A stretch of 64,000 bases of DNA, taken from contig JABHRC010000039.1 of NCBI GenBank assembly GCA_018670435.1, positions 2,964 through 66,963 of the forward strand. Reading direction: 5' to 3'. How positions within the stretch are numbered: position 1 is the first letter of the stretch; each line of letters starts with the position of its first letter. Positions 28,841 to 39,904 of the stretch are shown here, in pieces. A program made the translations under genes and the position numbers. The stretch is from Gammaproteobacteria bacterium. Lineage in GTDB: Bacteria; Pseudomonadota; Gammaproteobacteria; GCA-002705445; GCA-002716945. The notes beneath the pieces are model-generated. The model searched no databases, had not been told where the DNA came from, and saw only the letters and a list, made by a program, of their open reading frames with translations.

Positions 28841-29984
28841 TATTATTAAAAAAAATATTTTAATAAGTGAAAGTCATGGCATAGACCATACAATGATCAT
28901 ATGTTTTGTTGCTCTGCTTTCTATAGGGTTAATAATGATCACCTCAGCTACACTTGATTATGCGCTTGATATGAGATCAAATCCTTATTACTTTATAACT
29001 AAACATTTAATTTATTTGTCTATGGGATTAATTCTCGCAGCAATTATTAGTAAAATTAAATTGAGTTTTTATTATGATTATGGAAAATATTTCTTACTAT
29101 TATCTTTTATTATTTCACTTATAATCTTTATCCCTGGATTAGGCAAAGAAATAAATGGAGCAAAAAGATGGCTTGATTTAGGTTTTATAACCATACAGGT
29201 TTCTGAAGTTTCAAGACTATTTATTATGTTTTGGATTTCTGGATTTATTGTAAAACATGACGTAAACAAGAGTTTTAATAAGTGTTTATTTATGATTGTT
29301 ATATTGTCTTTAATTATTCTTTATCAGAGAGACTTTGGTAGTACTGTGTTACTTGTTTTTACCTTCTTTTCTTTAATGTTGGTAGCTGGATTACATTTAA
29401 GATACTTATTATCTTATCTCTCCCTAGCTGTTTTAGCTGCAATCCCATTAATACTTTATCAGCCATACAGGCTCAAGAGAATTGTATCATTTATGAATCC
29501 TTGGGATGATCAGTCTGGAGGAGGCTATCAACTTATAGCTTCACTTTTGGCTTTTGGTAAAGGTGGTTTTTTTGGTCTAGGTCTAGGTTCCAGCGTTCAG
29601 AAATTAAACTATTTGCCTGAGTCTTATAATGACTTTATCTTTGCATTAATTGCTGAAGAACTTGGATTATTTTTTTCCCTAATTATACTCATACTATTTA
29701 GTATTATTTTTTTTAGAATTATTAGACTTGCTAATATATCAAGTGATAATAATCTTAGGTTCGCCTCATATTTATGTTTTACATTAGGTTTTTTTATTAC
29801 TTATCAGGCATTAATACATATAATGGTTAATACAGGTTTAGCTCCAACAAAGGGGATGGGCTTGCCATTCATAAGTTATGGTGGAACTAATCTTTTAATG
29901 ATGTTTATTTTCATAGGCCTATTGATTAGAATACAAATTGAGAATCGGCAAAAAATTAGTCATGCTGTTAAAAGAGGATTTTAA
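28830..29984 (+). CDS. ftsW: Peptidoglycan glycosyltransferase FtsW (SEDS family).
   Basis: Ten-TM SEDS protein located between murD and murG. Confidence 0.88.
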   Translation: MLSDIIKKNILISESHGIDHTMIICFVALLSIGLIMITSATLDYALDMRSNPYYFITKHLIYLSMGLILAAIISKIKLSFYYDYGKYFLLLSFIISLIIFIPGLGKEINGAKRWLDLGFITIQVSEVSRLFIMFWISGFIVKHDVNKSFNKCLFMIVILSLIILYQRDFGSTVLLVFTFFSLMLVAGLHLRYLLSYLSLAVLAAIPLILYQPYRLKRIVSFMNPWDDQSGGGYQLIASLLAFGKGGFFGLGLGSSVQKLNYLPESYNDFIFALIAEELGLFFSLIILILFSIIFFRIIRLANISSDNNLRFASYLCFTLGFFITYQALIHIMVNTGLAPTKGMGLPFISYGGTNLLMMFIFIGLLIRIQIENRQKISHAVKRGF

Positions 29985-29990
29985 AATAAT

Positions 29991-31064
29991 ATGAAAGTAG
30001 TAGCAATTTTTGCAAGTGGAACAGGAGGACATGTATATCCTGCATATACTATGGCACAAGTATATATTAATCTTGGTTATAAGGTCCTATGGATAGGAAC
30101 TAAGAATGGACTTGAGAATAAAGTTATAGATAATTCATCAGTAATTCTTGAGCATATTAGTTCACAAGGCATACGAGGAAAATCTTTATTGAAAAAATTT
30201 TTAGGATTACTTAATTTTATAAAATCAATATATGAGTCGTACAAGTTAATAAAAAAATATAAACCTTCTTTGTCTTTCGGTTTTGGTGGCTATGTGAGCG
30301 TAGGTCCTTCTATAGCATCTTATTTGTTATCTGTACCATTAATGGTGCATGAGCAAAATGCAGTCGTTGGAACAGCTAATAGAATTAACTATTATTTTGC
30401 AAAACGTATCTATGAGACCTTCCCCTTAAGTTTTAAAAAAAATAATATAAAAATAATACATACTGGGAATCCCGTAAGACCATCATTTGATAAGGTAAGT
30501 AATCCTGAATATAAATATAATGATAGCAACACATCTATTAACATTTTAGTTATGGGAGGTAGTCAAGGTGCTGCATTTCTAAATAATACAATGCCTTTTG
30601 CTTTTTCTCATTTTCATAATACTAATGTTTCTATCAAACATATCAGTGGACCTAATCATGCAGGATCGGTAAAAAATAAATATTTAAAATATTCTATAGA
30701 TTCAACTGTAATAACATATTCAAATTCTATAGATAAATTATATGATTGGGCAGATCTAGTTATCTGCAGAGCTGGATCAACATCTATATCTGAACTTGCG
30801 AAAATCGGAAGAGCAGTAATATTAGTACCATTTCCATATGCAACAGACAATCATCAGTTCTTCAATGCTAATTACTTGGCTAAAAACTCAGCAGCTATTT
30901 TATTAGAAGAGAAAGTTGAATTCATTGAAAACTTTATCACTACTGTAAATATTATTTTGAATGATCAGAAACGGTTGTATATGTTATCAAAAAATATACA
31001 AGATATATTCCCACTCAACACCATAAGTCTAATCACAGAGGACTCATTAAAATTTATTAAGTAA
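29991..31064 (+). CDS. murG: UDP-N-acetylglucosamine--N-acetylmuramyl-(pentapeptide) pyrophosphoryl-undecaprenol N-acetylglucosamine transferase.
   Basis: Has the GGTGGHVYPA motif and a C-terminal GT-B fold. 357 aa. Confidence 0.9.
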   Translation: MKVVAIFASGTGGHVYPAYTMAQVYINLGYKVLWIGTKNGLENKVIDNSSVILEHISSQGIRGKSLLKKFLGLLNFIKSIYESYKLIKKYKPSLSFGFGGYVSVGPSIASYLLSVPLMVHEQNAVVGTANRINYYFAKRIYETFPLSFKKNNIKIIHTGNPVRPSFDKVSNPEYKYNDSNTSINILVMGGSQGAAFLNNTMPFAFSHFHNTNVSIKHISGPNHAGSVKNKYLKYSIDSTVITYSNSIDKLYDWADLVICRAGSTSISELAKIGRAVILVPFPYATDNHQFFNANYLAKNSAAILLEEKVEFIENFITTVNIILNDQKRLYMLSKNIQDIFPLNTISLITEDSLKFIK

Positions 31065-31066
31065 TT

Positions 31067-31936
31067 ATGATTGTAGAAAATAATATATCTTTAAAAAGAT
31101 TCACAACTATTCATATTGGTGGAAACTCAGGAAAAATTCATTTCCCTGAATCCTTAGATGATATATTATCTCTTAGTAAAATACTGTTATTACCAAAAAC
31201 ATTAGTTATTGGGAAAGGATCAAATATTGCCTTTTCTGATAATGGATATAAATTTGATATAGTATCATTGAGAAAGTATGTTAAGGGTAAAATTACTTTG
31301 TTTGATGATAATAAAATATCTGTTTCAGCAGGTATATCATGCGCTAGATTCGCAAAATACTGTCATAAAAAATCTATATCTGGTTTTGAATTTCTTCATG
31401 GTATACCTGGATTGATTGGAGGGGCATTAGCGATGAATGCTGGTGCATTTAATCAGTCAATATGGAATCATGTAGAATCAGTCAATGTAATCAACAAGAA
31501 AGGTTTTATAGAGAATATAGCTGGTAATGATATTAATGCGTCATATCGTAGTATTGATAAAGAAAATATTTTATTATTTTTAGATGTTATTCTCAAAATT
31601 GACAAAAATAAGATTTTTGATAAAAAAATTCTCATAGATTTTTTAGAATATAGAAATAGAACTCAGCCTATAGGACAATGGTCATCCGGATGTATTTTTA
31701 AGAATCCTTCAAAAAAAATATCAGCAAGCTCATTAATTGATTCTCTTAAACTAAAACAGCGTAAATTTGGTGGCATATATATATCGACAAAACATTGTAA
31801 TTATTTTATTAATGATGGTAATGGTTCATGTGATGACCTTGTTCAATTAATTAATCATGTAACTAAATTAGTCAAGAAAAAGTATAATATAGCTCTAACT
31901 AAAGAGATTTGTATATATAGAGACGATCATGAATAA
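31067..31936 (+). CDS. murB: UDP-N-acetylenolpyruvoylglucosamine reductase (short type).
   Basis: MurB FAD-binding N-terminus: TIHIGGN, GKGSNI, GIPGLIGGALAMNAGA. Confidence 0.8.
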   Translation: MIVENNISLKRFTTIHIGGNSGKIHFPESLDDILSLSKILLLPKTLVIGKGSNIAFSDNGYKFDIVSLRKYVKGKITLFDDNKISVSAGISCARFAKYCHKKSISGFEFLHGIPGLIGGALAMNAGAFNQSIWNHVESVNVINKKGFIENIAGNDINASYRSIDKENILLFLDVILKIDKNKIFDKKILIDFLEYRNRTQPIGQWSSGCIFKNPSKKISASSLIDSLKLKQRKFGGIYISTKHCNYFINDGNGSCDDLVQLINHVTKLVKKKYNIALTKEICIYRDDHE

Positions 31937-32864
31937 CTTATCTGATAAGAATATAGGTATTTTATGTGGAGGATGGTCAGATGAGCGATCAGTTTCCCTA
32001 AATAGCGGGAAATCTGCGTACAAATCTCTCATAAGTAATAATTTACATGCCTATCTTTTTGACTATCAAAAAGATGATATTGGTGATCTTTCTAATTTTA
32101 TTAAAGATAACAAGATAGATATTATTTTTAACTTAATTCATGGTGTCGGAGGAGAAGATGGTCTAGTTCAGAGCTATCTAGATAAGTTATCAGTTAAATA
32201 CATTGGGTCAAATTCAAAGTCATCAAAAATATCATTCAATAAAGTTCTTACTAAAAAAATTTGGTTAAAAAAAGGTTTGAATACTCCAAAGTATTTAACT
32301 CTATCAGACACTATATCTTTTGAAGATATTAAAAAAATATCTGAGGATAAATTTATTTTAAAGCCATGCGCCTCAGGCTCAAGTGTAGGTATTAAAATAT
32401 TCAATACTTGTGATCTTAATTTGGCCAAATCTTCTAATATCTTAGAAAAACTCTCTATCGATAATCTTGATGCTAATGATTATTTTATTGAAGAATTTAT
32501 TAGTGCAAATGAATACACTGCTCCAATTATTAATAATCAAGTATTTCCAATTATTCAAATTAAAACAAAAAGAGAGTTTTATAATTATGAAGCAAAATAT
32601 TTAGATAAAGATACAGTTTTTTCATTTCCTAATTTTACAAAAAATGTTCACGAGCAAATAAATTCTTTATGCATGGAAGCGTTTAATAGCATAGGTTGTT
32701 CTGACTGGGGTCGCGTTGATTTCTTTATGGATGATAGTTCATCTATTAATTTAATTGAGATTAACTCGATACCTGGAATGACTGATCATAGTTTAGTACC
32801 CAAATCAGCAAAAAAAAATGGTATATCATACTACCAATTACTTTTATCACTTTTAAAAATCTAA
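31929..32864 (+). CDS. ddl: D-alanine--D-alanine ligase.
   Basis: ATP-grasp Ddl motifs: ILCGGWSDERSVSL, HGVGGEDG, and a C-terminal SIPGMT. Confidence 0.9.
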   Translation: MNNLSDKNIGILCGGWSDERSVSLNSGKSAYKSLISNNLHAYLFDYQKDDIGDLSNFIKDNKIDIIFNLIHGVGGEDGLVQSYLDKLSVKYIGSNSKSSKISFNKVLTKKIWLKKGLNTPKYLTLSDTISFEDIKKISEDKFILKPCASGSSVGIKIFNTCDLNLAKSSNILEKLSIDNLDANDYFIEEFISANEYTAPIINNQVFPIIQIKTKREFYNYEAKYLDKDTVFSFPNFTKNVHEQINSLCMEAFNSIGCSDWGRVDFFMDDSSSINLIEINSIPGMTDHSLVPKSAKKNGISYYQLLLSLLKI

Positions 32865-32865
32865 A

Positions 32866-33528
32866 ATGAGAATTATCCTTATCTTTCTTGCTTTGTTAAT
32901 ACTATTATTAGGTACATATAACTACCCTGTTTTTTTTGGTTCTAACCCCGTAAAGCATATATATAAAGAAGGTACATTTGATCACAGCAATGAATCTAGG
33001 GTGGATACTATTTTAAAAACCTATATCTCTCATGAGATATATGAAATAAATTTGCGAGAATTGAAAAATTTACTAGAAGAGGATCCATGGATAAAGAATG
33101 CGCAAATTATACTAAGTCCTCCAGACATGATAAATGCTAGAATATCTGAATTCGAACCCTTATTTTTATGGAATAACTCACTATATATAGATGATACTGG
33201 TTCTTCTATTCCAGTAAATAACTATTATGTTAAAGATATTTTGAAAATATCTTCTACTAAAGATGATCAGATAAGTATGTATAATTTGTATTTGAGTATT
33301 CAAGAAATATTTACTTCTATAGATATTACTATTATTGAATTATCTAAAGATGATGAAATGCTTATTATACTAACATCAGGGTATAGATTTTTTGTGCGCT
33401 ATTCAGATTATGATTTAAAACTTAAAGAATTTACATCTGTATATGATCAGTTTTTGCTTACCCAGAAATCAAGAAAAATAAGAAAGAATATTGATTTAAG
33501 ATACCCTACAGGTTTTGCTGTACAGTAA
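32866..33528 (+). CDS. ftsQ: Cell division protein FtsQ (short form).
   Basis: N-terminal TM anchor followed by a POTRA-like region. Lies between ddl and ftsA. Confidence 0.55.
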   Translation: MRIILIFLALLILLLGTYNYPVFFGSNPVKHIYKEGTFDHSNESRVDTILKTYISHEIYEINLRELKNLLEEDPWIKNAQIILSPPDMINARISEFEPLFLWNNSLYIDDTGSSIPVNNYYVKDILKISSTKDDQISMYNLYLSIQEIFTSIDITIIELSKDDEMLIILTSGYRFFVRYSDYDLKLKEFTSVYDQFLLTQKSRKIRKNIDLRYPTGFAVQ

Positions 33529-33546
33529 ATAATGATATTATAAAGT

Positions 33547-34797
33547 ATGGCTAATACTACGAATAAAGATGAATTCATTGTTGCCCTAGATATAGGTACC
33601 ACTAAAGTTCTATGTTTAGTTGCTGACTATGATGATAATGGAGAAATAAGATTAGTAGGCGTTGGTCAAGAAGCCTGTAGCGGGCTGAACAAAGGTGTTA
33701 TTTCTGAAATTGATGCAACTGTAAATAGTATTCGAAAAGCTAAAGATCAAGCCCGAACGATGACAAATTGTAAATTTACTAAAGTTATCACTGGAATTGC
33801 AGGTAATCATATTCAGAGTTATAACGGGAATGCAGCTATAAATATTTTAAATGATGAGGTAACCCAGGAGGATAAGGATAAAGTTATAGCAAGCGCAAGT
33901 GATATAAGTATTCCTCCTGACCAAGAAATTCTTCATAGAATACCACAGTACTTTACTATAGATGGACAAATGGGTATAAAAGAGCCTATAGGCATGGCCG
34001 GTAAAAGATTAGAAGCTAATGTACATGTTATTACATGCTCAACAACAGCAAAAAAGAATTTAACCAAATGTATAGAAAATAGTTTTTTAGAGGTTGATGA
34101 ATTTGTTTTACAACCAGTTGCCTCTAGTTATTCTGTTTTAACAGATGAAGAAAAATCTCTAGGTGTTTGTCTTGTTGATATTGGCGGAGGAACCACAGAT
34201 ATCGCTATATTTACAGATGGTGACATTAAACATACCGCTGTAATACCTGCTGCTGGTCAAATGGTCACCAATGATATTCGCATAGGGTTACGAACTTCAT
34301 TAGAAGCAGCTGAAGATATCAAAAAGAAGTATGGTAGTTTAATCAATGAAGCAAATGATGCTCAAATTAATATACCCGTTCCATCAGTTTCTGATAAACC
34401 AGAATCAGAAATAAGTAAGCCATCTCTTACTCATATAATTACTTGTAGAATAGATGAGATATTTCAACAAATTGAAGAGGAAATTAATTCCAGTGGCTGG
34501 GCATCTAAGATCAGGGCAGGCATTGTATTCACAGGCGGAGGTTGTAAATTAAATGGACTGGATACATATGCTGAGAATAAACTATTAATGCCAACAAGAA
34601 TAGGGAGCCCTAAAGATATTATTGGAATACAAAATTTAAGTGGACAAACAAGATATTCAACCGCTGTAGGATTATTATTGTACAAAGATGAAAAGCTTAA
34701 TGATATGCCTCATAGACAGAAATCAGATAATCCTATAATAAAATATATTGAGACTATCTGGAATAAATTTTCCATTTACTTTCAAAGAGAACTTTAG
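33547..34797 (+). CDS. ftsA: Cell division protein FtsA.
   Basis: Actin-like ATPase with VALDIGTTKV and DIGGGTTDIAIF. Confidence 0.92.
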   Translation: MANTTNKDEFIVALDIGTTKVLCLVADYDDNGEIRLVGVGQEACSGLNKGVISEIDATVNSIRKAKDQARTMTNCKFTKVITGIAGNHIQSYNGNAAINILNDEVTQEDKDKVIASASDISIPPDQEILHRIPQYFTIDGQMGIKEPIGMAGKRLEANVHVITCSTTAKKNLTKCIENSFLEVDEFVLQPVASSYSVLTDEEKSLGVCLVDIGGGTTDIAIFTDGDIKHTAVIPAAGQMVTNDIRIGLRTSLEAAEDIKKKYGSLINEANDAQINIPVPSVSDKPESEISKPSLTHIITCRIDEIFQQIEEEINSSGWASKIRAGIVFTGGGCKLNGLDTYAENKLLMPTRIGSPKDIIGIQNLSGQTRYSTAVGLLLYKDEKLNDMPHRQKSDNPIIKYIETIWNKFSIYFQREL

Positions 34798-34908
34798 TTT
34801 TAACAATCTGTCTAAATAGATGTATGTATAACATGCATGTTGTCGTTATGCTGTAAAAAAACCCTGTAAAGGCTTGAAATTACTTAACATTCATTTAAAA
34901 TTGAACAT

Positions 34909-35826
34909 ATGCTTAAACAAAGGACATTATCGAGTAAAATAAAAGCTTCTGGGGTTGGTCTTCATACTGGAAAAAAGATAACTTTAATTCTAAATCCAGC
35001 TCCTATAAACTCAGGGATTACTTTTTTAAGAACAGATATTAAATCTAATGCAATCAATGCTTCTTTAGAAAATGTGCATGATACTCGATTATCTACAACT
35101 TTATCAAATAAAACTGCAAAAATATCAACAGTGGAGCATTTACTTTCTGCATTTGCTGGACTCGGCATAGATAATGCTCTTATAGAACTTGACGGGCCTG
35201 AGGTGCCAATAATGGATGGCAGCGCAAGACCATTTGTATTTATGATACAATCTGCTGGCATTCAAGAACAGGATGATACTAAAAAATTTATTAAGATAAA
35301 AAAGACGATCGAAGTCAGGCAGGATGAGAAATGGGCGAAGATTGAGCCTTTTGATGGATTTAAGGTAGCTTTCACCATAGACTTTAATCATCCGGCATTC
35401 AGTCAAAGTTCTCAGTCTTCTGAAATAGATTTTTCATCTGTATCTTATTTAAGTCAAGTAAGTCGCGCAAGAACATTCGGGTTTGCTAAAGATATTGAAT
35501 TATTACGTAAAAATAACTTAGCATTGGGTGGCAGTGTAAATAATGCAATAGTAATAGATGACTATAAGGTTGTGAATGAAGAGGGTGTTCGCTTCGAAGA
35601 TGAATTTGTAAAACATAAAATATTGGATGCAATAGGAGATTTGTATTTATTAGGCCACGGATTAATTGGTTCTTTTTCTGCTTATAAGTCGGGACATCAT
35701 TTGAATAATCTTTTACTAAGAGAGTTAGTTAATAACCAAGATGCATGGGAAGAAGTTACCATAGAAGATAATGAAAAATCTCCAATATTTTATAGCACGC
35801 CTGAGCCGCATATTGCTCAGTCATAA
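34909..35826 (+). CDS. lpxC: UDP-3-O-acyl-N-acetylglucosamine deacetylase.
   Basis: [26 protein letters not shown]..., TVEHLLSA, and the HHLNN zinc-binding region. Confidence 0.92.
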   Translation: MLKQRTLSSKIKASGVGLHTGKKITLILNPAPINSGITFLRTDIKSNAINASLENVHDTRLSTTLSNKTAKISTVEHLLSAFAGLGIDNALIELDGPEVPIMDGSARPFVFMIQSAGIQEQDDTKKFIKIKKTIEVRQDEKWAKIEPFDGFKVAFTIDFNHPAFSQSSQSSEIDFSSVSYLSQVSRARTFGFAKDIELLRKNNLALGGSVNNAIVIDDYKVVNEEGVRFEDEFVKHKILDAIGDLYLLGHGLIGSFSAYKSGHHLNNLLLRELVNNQDAWEEVTIEDNEKSPIFYSTPEPHIAQS

Positions 35827-36092
35827 TCAATAATTGTCACTTTTATATCATTAATTTTACAGAAAGTATTGTTCTTAAGAATGTCAATATACTTCTGTTT
35901 TTCAAATCTCATTAGTGTTGCAATAGAACTATTTTTACAACTTATTATAAGCACATCGTCTTTAAGAGAACCTACTTCTATATTATCAAGAACATTCTTT
36001 GGGAAAACATCTGAAATATAGCAAGTTAAGTCTTTGATTAAAGCATTCTTGTTGATAACATGCACAGGTATGAATGACGATATTTTTTTCAT
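35817..36092 (-). CDS. Small conserved hypothetical protein (91 aa) between lpxC and secA. Possibly DUF721-like.
   Basis: Convergent with lpxC and overlaps its stop by 10 nt. No motif was recognised, and the family call is tentative. Confidence 0.3.
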   Translation of the reverse strand: MKKISSFIPVHVINKNALIKDLTCYISDVFPKNVLDNIEVGSLKDDVLIISCKNSSIATLMRFEKQKYIDILKNNTFCKINDIKVTIIDYD

Positions 36093-36152
36093 AATCTATT
36101 ATACTGATTGTACGACAATAAACTCATTTTATACAATTTTATATAAACTATT

Positions 36153-38729
36153 ATGATATCAAATTTCATTAAAAATATATTTGGAAGTAGAAATGGTCGT
36201 ATTCTTAAAGAATATGCCCCTCTTGTTAAAAAGATTAATGGGTTAGAGGATAAGTATCAAAAATTCTCACAATCAGACTTTCAATTGGAAACTAAGCTAT
36301 TAAGGGAGAAGTTCAAAGAAAATAATGATCTTGATTGTATTTTAGCTGAAGCATTTGCACTAACTCGAGAGGCATCCATCAGAACATTAGGTTTAAGACA
36401 TTTTGATGAGCAGCTTCTTGGAGGTATTGCTCTGCATTTTGGTAAAATAGCTGAAATGAAAACAGGTGAGGGCAAAACTTTGGTTTCTACATTACCTGCC
36501 TATCTTAACTCGTTATCGGGTCAATCTGTATTTATAATTACTGTGAATGATTATTTGGCATTGAGGGATTCAGAATGGATGGGTGAAATATTTAACTATC
36601 TTGGGTTATCTGTAGGAACGATTACAAGTTCTTTAGCACCAGATGAGAGAAAGAAGGCATATGAATGTGATGTTATTTATGGAACTAATAATGAATTTGG
36701 TTTTGATTATTTAAGAGATAATATGACATATGAACTAAATCAAAAGGTTCAGAGTAAATTAAGTTATGCAATTATTGATGAAGTCGATTCTGTTTTGATT
36801 GATGAAGCTAGAACACCATTAGTAATTTCAGGATCCGCCAAAGAATCCAGTAATTTATACCTAAAGATCAATAAAGTTACTCAATTACTTATTGCTAACA
36901 ACAAAGACGATAAACTTTTTACTATAGATGAAAAACAAAAATCTGTTTCACTTACTGAAGATGGGCATATTCAAATTGAGGAAATATTTGTTAAAAATAA
37001 CTTACTGCAAAAAAATGAAACCTTATATGACCCTAAAAATATTCAGCTATTACATTTAATTGATGCTAGTTTAAAAGCAAATTTGATGTATCACAAAGAT
37101 ATTGATTATGTTGTCGAAAATAATGAAATTGTTATTATTGATGAGTTCTCTGGTAGAAAGATGCCCGGAAGAAGATGGTCTGAAGGTTTGCATCAATCGG
37201 TAGAAGCAAAAGAATCAGTAAAAATACAAAACGAAAATTTAACATATGCATCCATAACTTTTCAAAACTATTTCAGGTTATTTGATAAACTATCAGGCAT
37301 GACAGGTACAGCAGATACAGAGTCAATAGAATTTCAGCAAATATACAATTTAGAAGTTATCGTTATACCGTCACATAAAAAAATGATTAGAAAAGATCAC
37401 ATTGATCAAGTATTTCTTACAACAAAAGAAAAATATAATGCGATTATTAAAGATATTTCTATAATTCATAATACTGGACAACCTATTTTGGTTGGTACCA
37501 CCTCTATTGAAGCATCCGAATATATATCAAAACTTTTAAAGGTTCAAAAAATTAAACATCATGTACTTAATGCTAAACAACATCAAAAAGAAGCAGAGAT
37601 AATCTCCCAAGCTGGGAAATTATCAGCAGTAACAATTGCAACTAACATGGCTGGACGTGGCACAGATATTGTTCTTGGTGGAAAAGACATAAGTAATACA
37701 GGAGCAACTCCATTGCTGGATAATCCAGAAAAAATTAAAAAAATTGGAGGATTGTATATTATTGGTACTGAAAGACATGAATCTAGGCGCGTTGATAATC
37801 AATTGAGAGGACGCTCAGGAAGGCAAGGAGATCCTGGTGAATCTAGATTTTATTTATCATTAGAAGATAATTTAATGAGAATATTTGCTTCTGATAAAGT
37901 AACTGAAATCATGAAAAAACTAGGTATGCAAGATGGAGAAGCAATAGAACACAAGTGGGTTTCTAACTCTATCGAGAACGCGCAAAAGAGAGTAGAAGCA
38001 TATAACTTTGACATAAGAAAGACGTTACTTGAATATGATGATATTGCTAACGAACAAAGGAAGGTAATCTATAATCAGCGCAATGATATCTTGTCATCAG
38101 ATGACTTATCCTTGATTTATAATAATATACTTAGATTTACATGCGATGATCTTGTAAGAAATTATATTCCTTTGGATATTCCATCATCTCAGTGGGATTA
38201 TAATTTAATTAATGATACATTCAAAAGTGATTTTTCAATAGATATTGATAGTTCAGGTGTTATAGAAGCTGGTGATCATAATGGAAGGGAAACATTTAAG
38301 AAATATATTCAAGATGTAATTAATCATAAAATTGAAACTAATCTTAAGATTTTATCTAACGAAGATAAGAAAGAGTTAATTAGAAATATATTTTTAAGTG
38401 TCATAGACGAAGATTGGAGAAATCATTTAAATGCTATGGATTATCTGAGACAGGGTATTGGACTTAGAAGTTATGCTCAAAAGAATCCAAAGAATGAGTA
38501 CAAAAGAGAGTCATTTGAGATGTTTGAGGAAATGTTGTCAGTAAATAACTTTGAAACTATAAAGATCTTAGCTAAAATAAAGATAAGTAATCCGAATGTA
38601 TCAGATAAATTAACTAAAGATGAAAATGCTGATTTTGATAAGAATAAAGTAAATTCTGATATCTCTAGAAATGCTCTATGCCCATGCGGTTCTGGAAAAA
38701 AGTATAAAAGATGTTGTGGTAAGTTATGA
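36153..38729 (+). CDS. secA: Preprotein translocase ATPase SecA.
   Basis: DEAD-like motor motifs (MKTGEGKT, DEVDS) and the C-terminal zinc finger CPCGSGKKYKRCCG. Confidence 0.97.
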   Translation: MISNFIKNIFGSRNGRILKEYAPLVKKINGLEDKYQKFSQSDFQLETKLLREKFKENNDLDCILAEAFALTREASIRTLGLRHFDEQLLGGIALHFGKIAEMKTGEGKTLVSTLPAYLNSLSGQSVFIITVNDYLALRDSEWMGEIFNYLGLSVGTITSSLAPDERKKAYECDVIYGTNNEFGFDYLRDNMTYELNQKVQSKLSYAIIDEVDSVLIDEARTPLVISGSAKESSNLYLKINKVTQLLIANNKDDKLFTIDEKQKSVSLTEDGHIQIEEIFVKNNLLQKNETLYDPKNIQLLHLIDASLKANLMYHKDIDYVVENNEIVIIDEFSGRKMPGRRWSEGLHQSVEAKESVKIQNENLTYASITFQNYFRLFDKLSGMTGTADTESIEFQQIYNLEVIVIPSHKKMIRKDHIDQVFLTTKEKYNAIIKDISIIHNTGQPILVGTTSIEASEYISKLLKVQKIKHHVLNAKQHQKEAEIISQAGKLSAVTIATNMAGRGTDIVLGGKDISNTGATPLLDNPEKIKKIGGLYIIGTERHESRRVDNQLRGRSGRQGDPGESRFYLSLEDNLMRIFASDKVTEIMKKLGMQDGEAIEHKWVSNSIENAQKRVEAYNFDIRKTLLEYDDIANEQRKVIYNQRNDILSSDDLSLIYNNILRFTCDDLVRNYIPLDIPSSQWDYNLINDTFKSDFSIDIDSSGVIEAGDHNGRETFKKYIQDVINHKIETNLKILSNEDKKELIRNIFLSVIDEDWRNHLNAMDYLRQGIGLRSYAQKNPKNEYKRESFEMFEEMLSVNNFETIKILAKIKISNPNVSDKLTKDENADFDKNKVNSDISRNALCPCGSGKKYKRCCGKL

Positions 38730-39901
38730 GCAATAAAGTTTTAATTGATATCTTGAAGATTGGCATAAAAGCTAACAAGGCAGATGCTGTCTGTTTTAAA
38801 TTACCTGAATTATCTACAACTGTAGCCGTATCAACTCAAAATAATTTTGCTGCAGCACCAGTTATTTTGTCTAAAAAAAATTTATTAAAAAGCTCACCAA
38901 AGTATATCTTAGTCAATTCCGGAAATGCTAATGCCTGCACAGGTAAGATTGGCATGGAGAATGCAATTAAATGCACCGAATTACTTTCAAAGAAACTTAA
39001 ATGCAAGAAAGAAGAAATTCTTTTGTCATCAACTGGAATAATTGGAAGACAATTACCAATTGATATTATTTCAAGATCTATAAATAGCTATAAGTTCAAT
39101 TTTAAGTCAAATTGGAAGCAGGCAGCTTCAACTATTATGACGACTGATAAATTTAGTAAACATATAAGTAGATCTTTTTTATTAAATAAAACAAAAATAA
39201 CAATAAATGCAATATGTAAGGGTGCAGGAATGATTGAACCTAATATGGCAACAATGTTGTCATTTATTTCTATTAATATTAATTTAAAAAAAACTTTATT
39301 AATAAGACTCCTAAAAAAATCTGTTGATTCTTCGTTTAACAGAATCTCTGTAGATGGTGATATGTCTACTAACGACACTGTTATGCTTATTTCAACAGGT
39401 GAAAATAAGAATCTTGATTTTACTAGAGATTCTAAAACATTTACAATATTGCAAAATGAGCTGACAAAGGTATGTAGCGATTTATCAGAAATGATAATCA
39501 AGGATGGGGAAGGTGCTACAAAAGTCGTTAAGATCAATATTTATAAAGCTCATAATATTTTCCAAGCAAAGAAAACAGCTTACAGTCTAGCCAATTCTAA
39601 TTTAATCAAAACTGCAATGTATGGTGCAGATCCAAACTGGGGAAGAATTATTGCTAGACTAGGATCAATTAGTAATATTAATTACTCTGAAAATAAACTC
39701 ATTTTGAAAATTAATAATAAAATAATATATGAAAAAGGTCTGCAGTCAAAAAAATGTAATTTGAAAGAACTTAATAAATCCATGATGAAAAAAAATATAA
39801 CAATAGATCTCTATATGAATGCTGGGAGTAGTAGTTATACTGTTTTGACATCTGATTTGTCTCATGAGTATGTTCATATTAATTCTGCTTACACAACATA
39901 G
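38726..39901 (+). CDS. argJ: Bifunctional glutamate N-acetyltransferase / amino-acid acetyltransferase ArgJ.
   Basis: Has the autocleavage site ATMLSFI (A-TML) and a typical ArgJ C-terminus. Confidence 0.85.
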   Translation: MSNKVLIDILKIGIKANKADAVCFKLPELSTTVAVSTQNNFAAAPVILSKKNLLKSSPKYILVNSGNANACTGKIGMENAIKCTELLSKKLKCKKEEILLSSTGIIGRQLPIDIISRSINSYKFNFKSNWKQAASTIMTTDKFSKHISRSFLLNKTKITINAICKGAGMIEPNMATMLSFISININLKKTLLIRLLKKSVDSSFNRISVDGDMSTNDTVMLISTGENKNLDFTRDSKTFTILQNELTKVCSDLSEMIIKDGEGATKVVKINIYKAHNIFQAKKTAYSLANSNLIKTAMYGADPNWGRIIARLGSISNINYSENKLILKINNKIIYEKGLQSKKCNLKELNKSMMKKNITIDLYMNAGSSSYTVLTSDLSHEYVHINSAYTT

Positions 39902-39904
39902 GTA

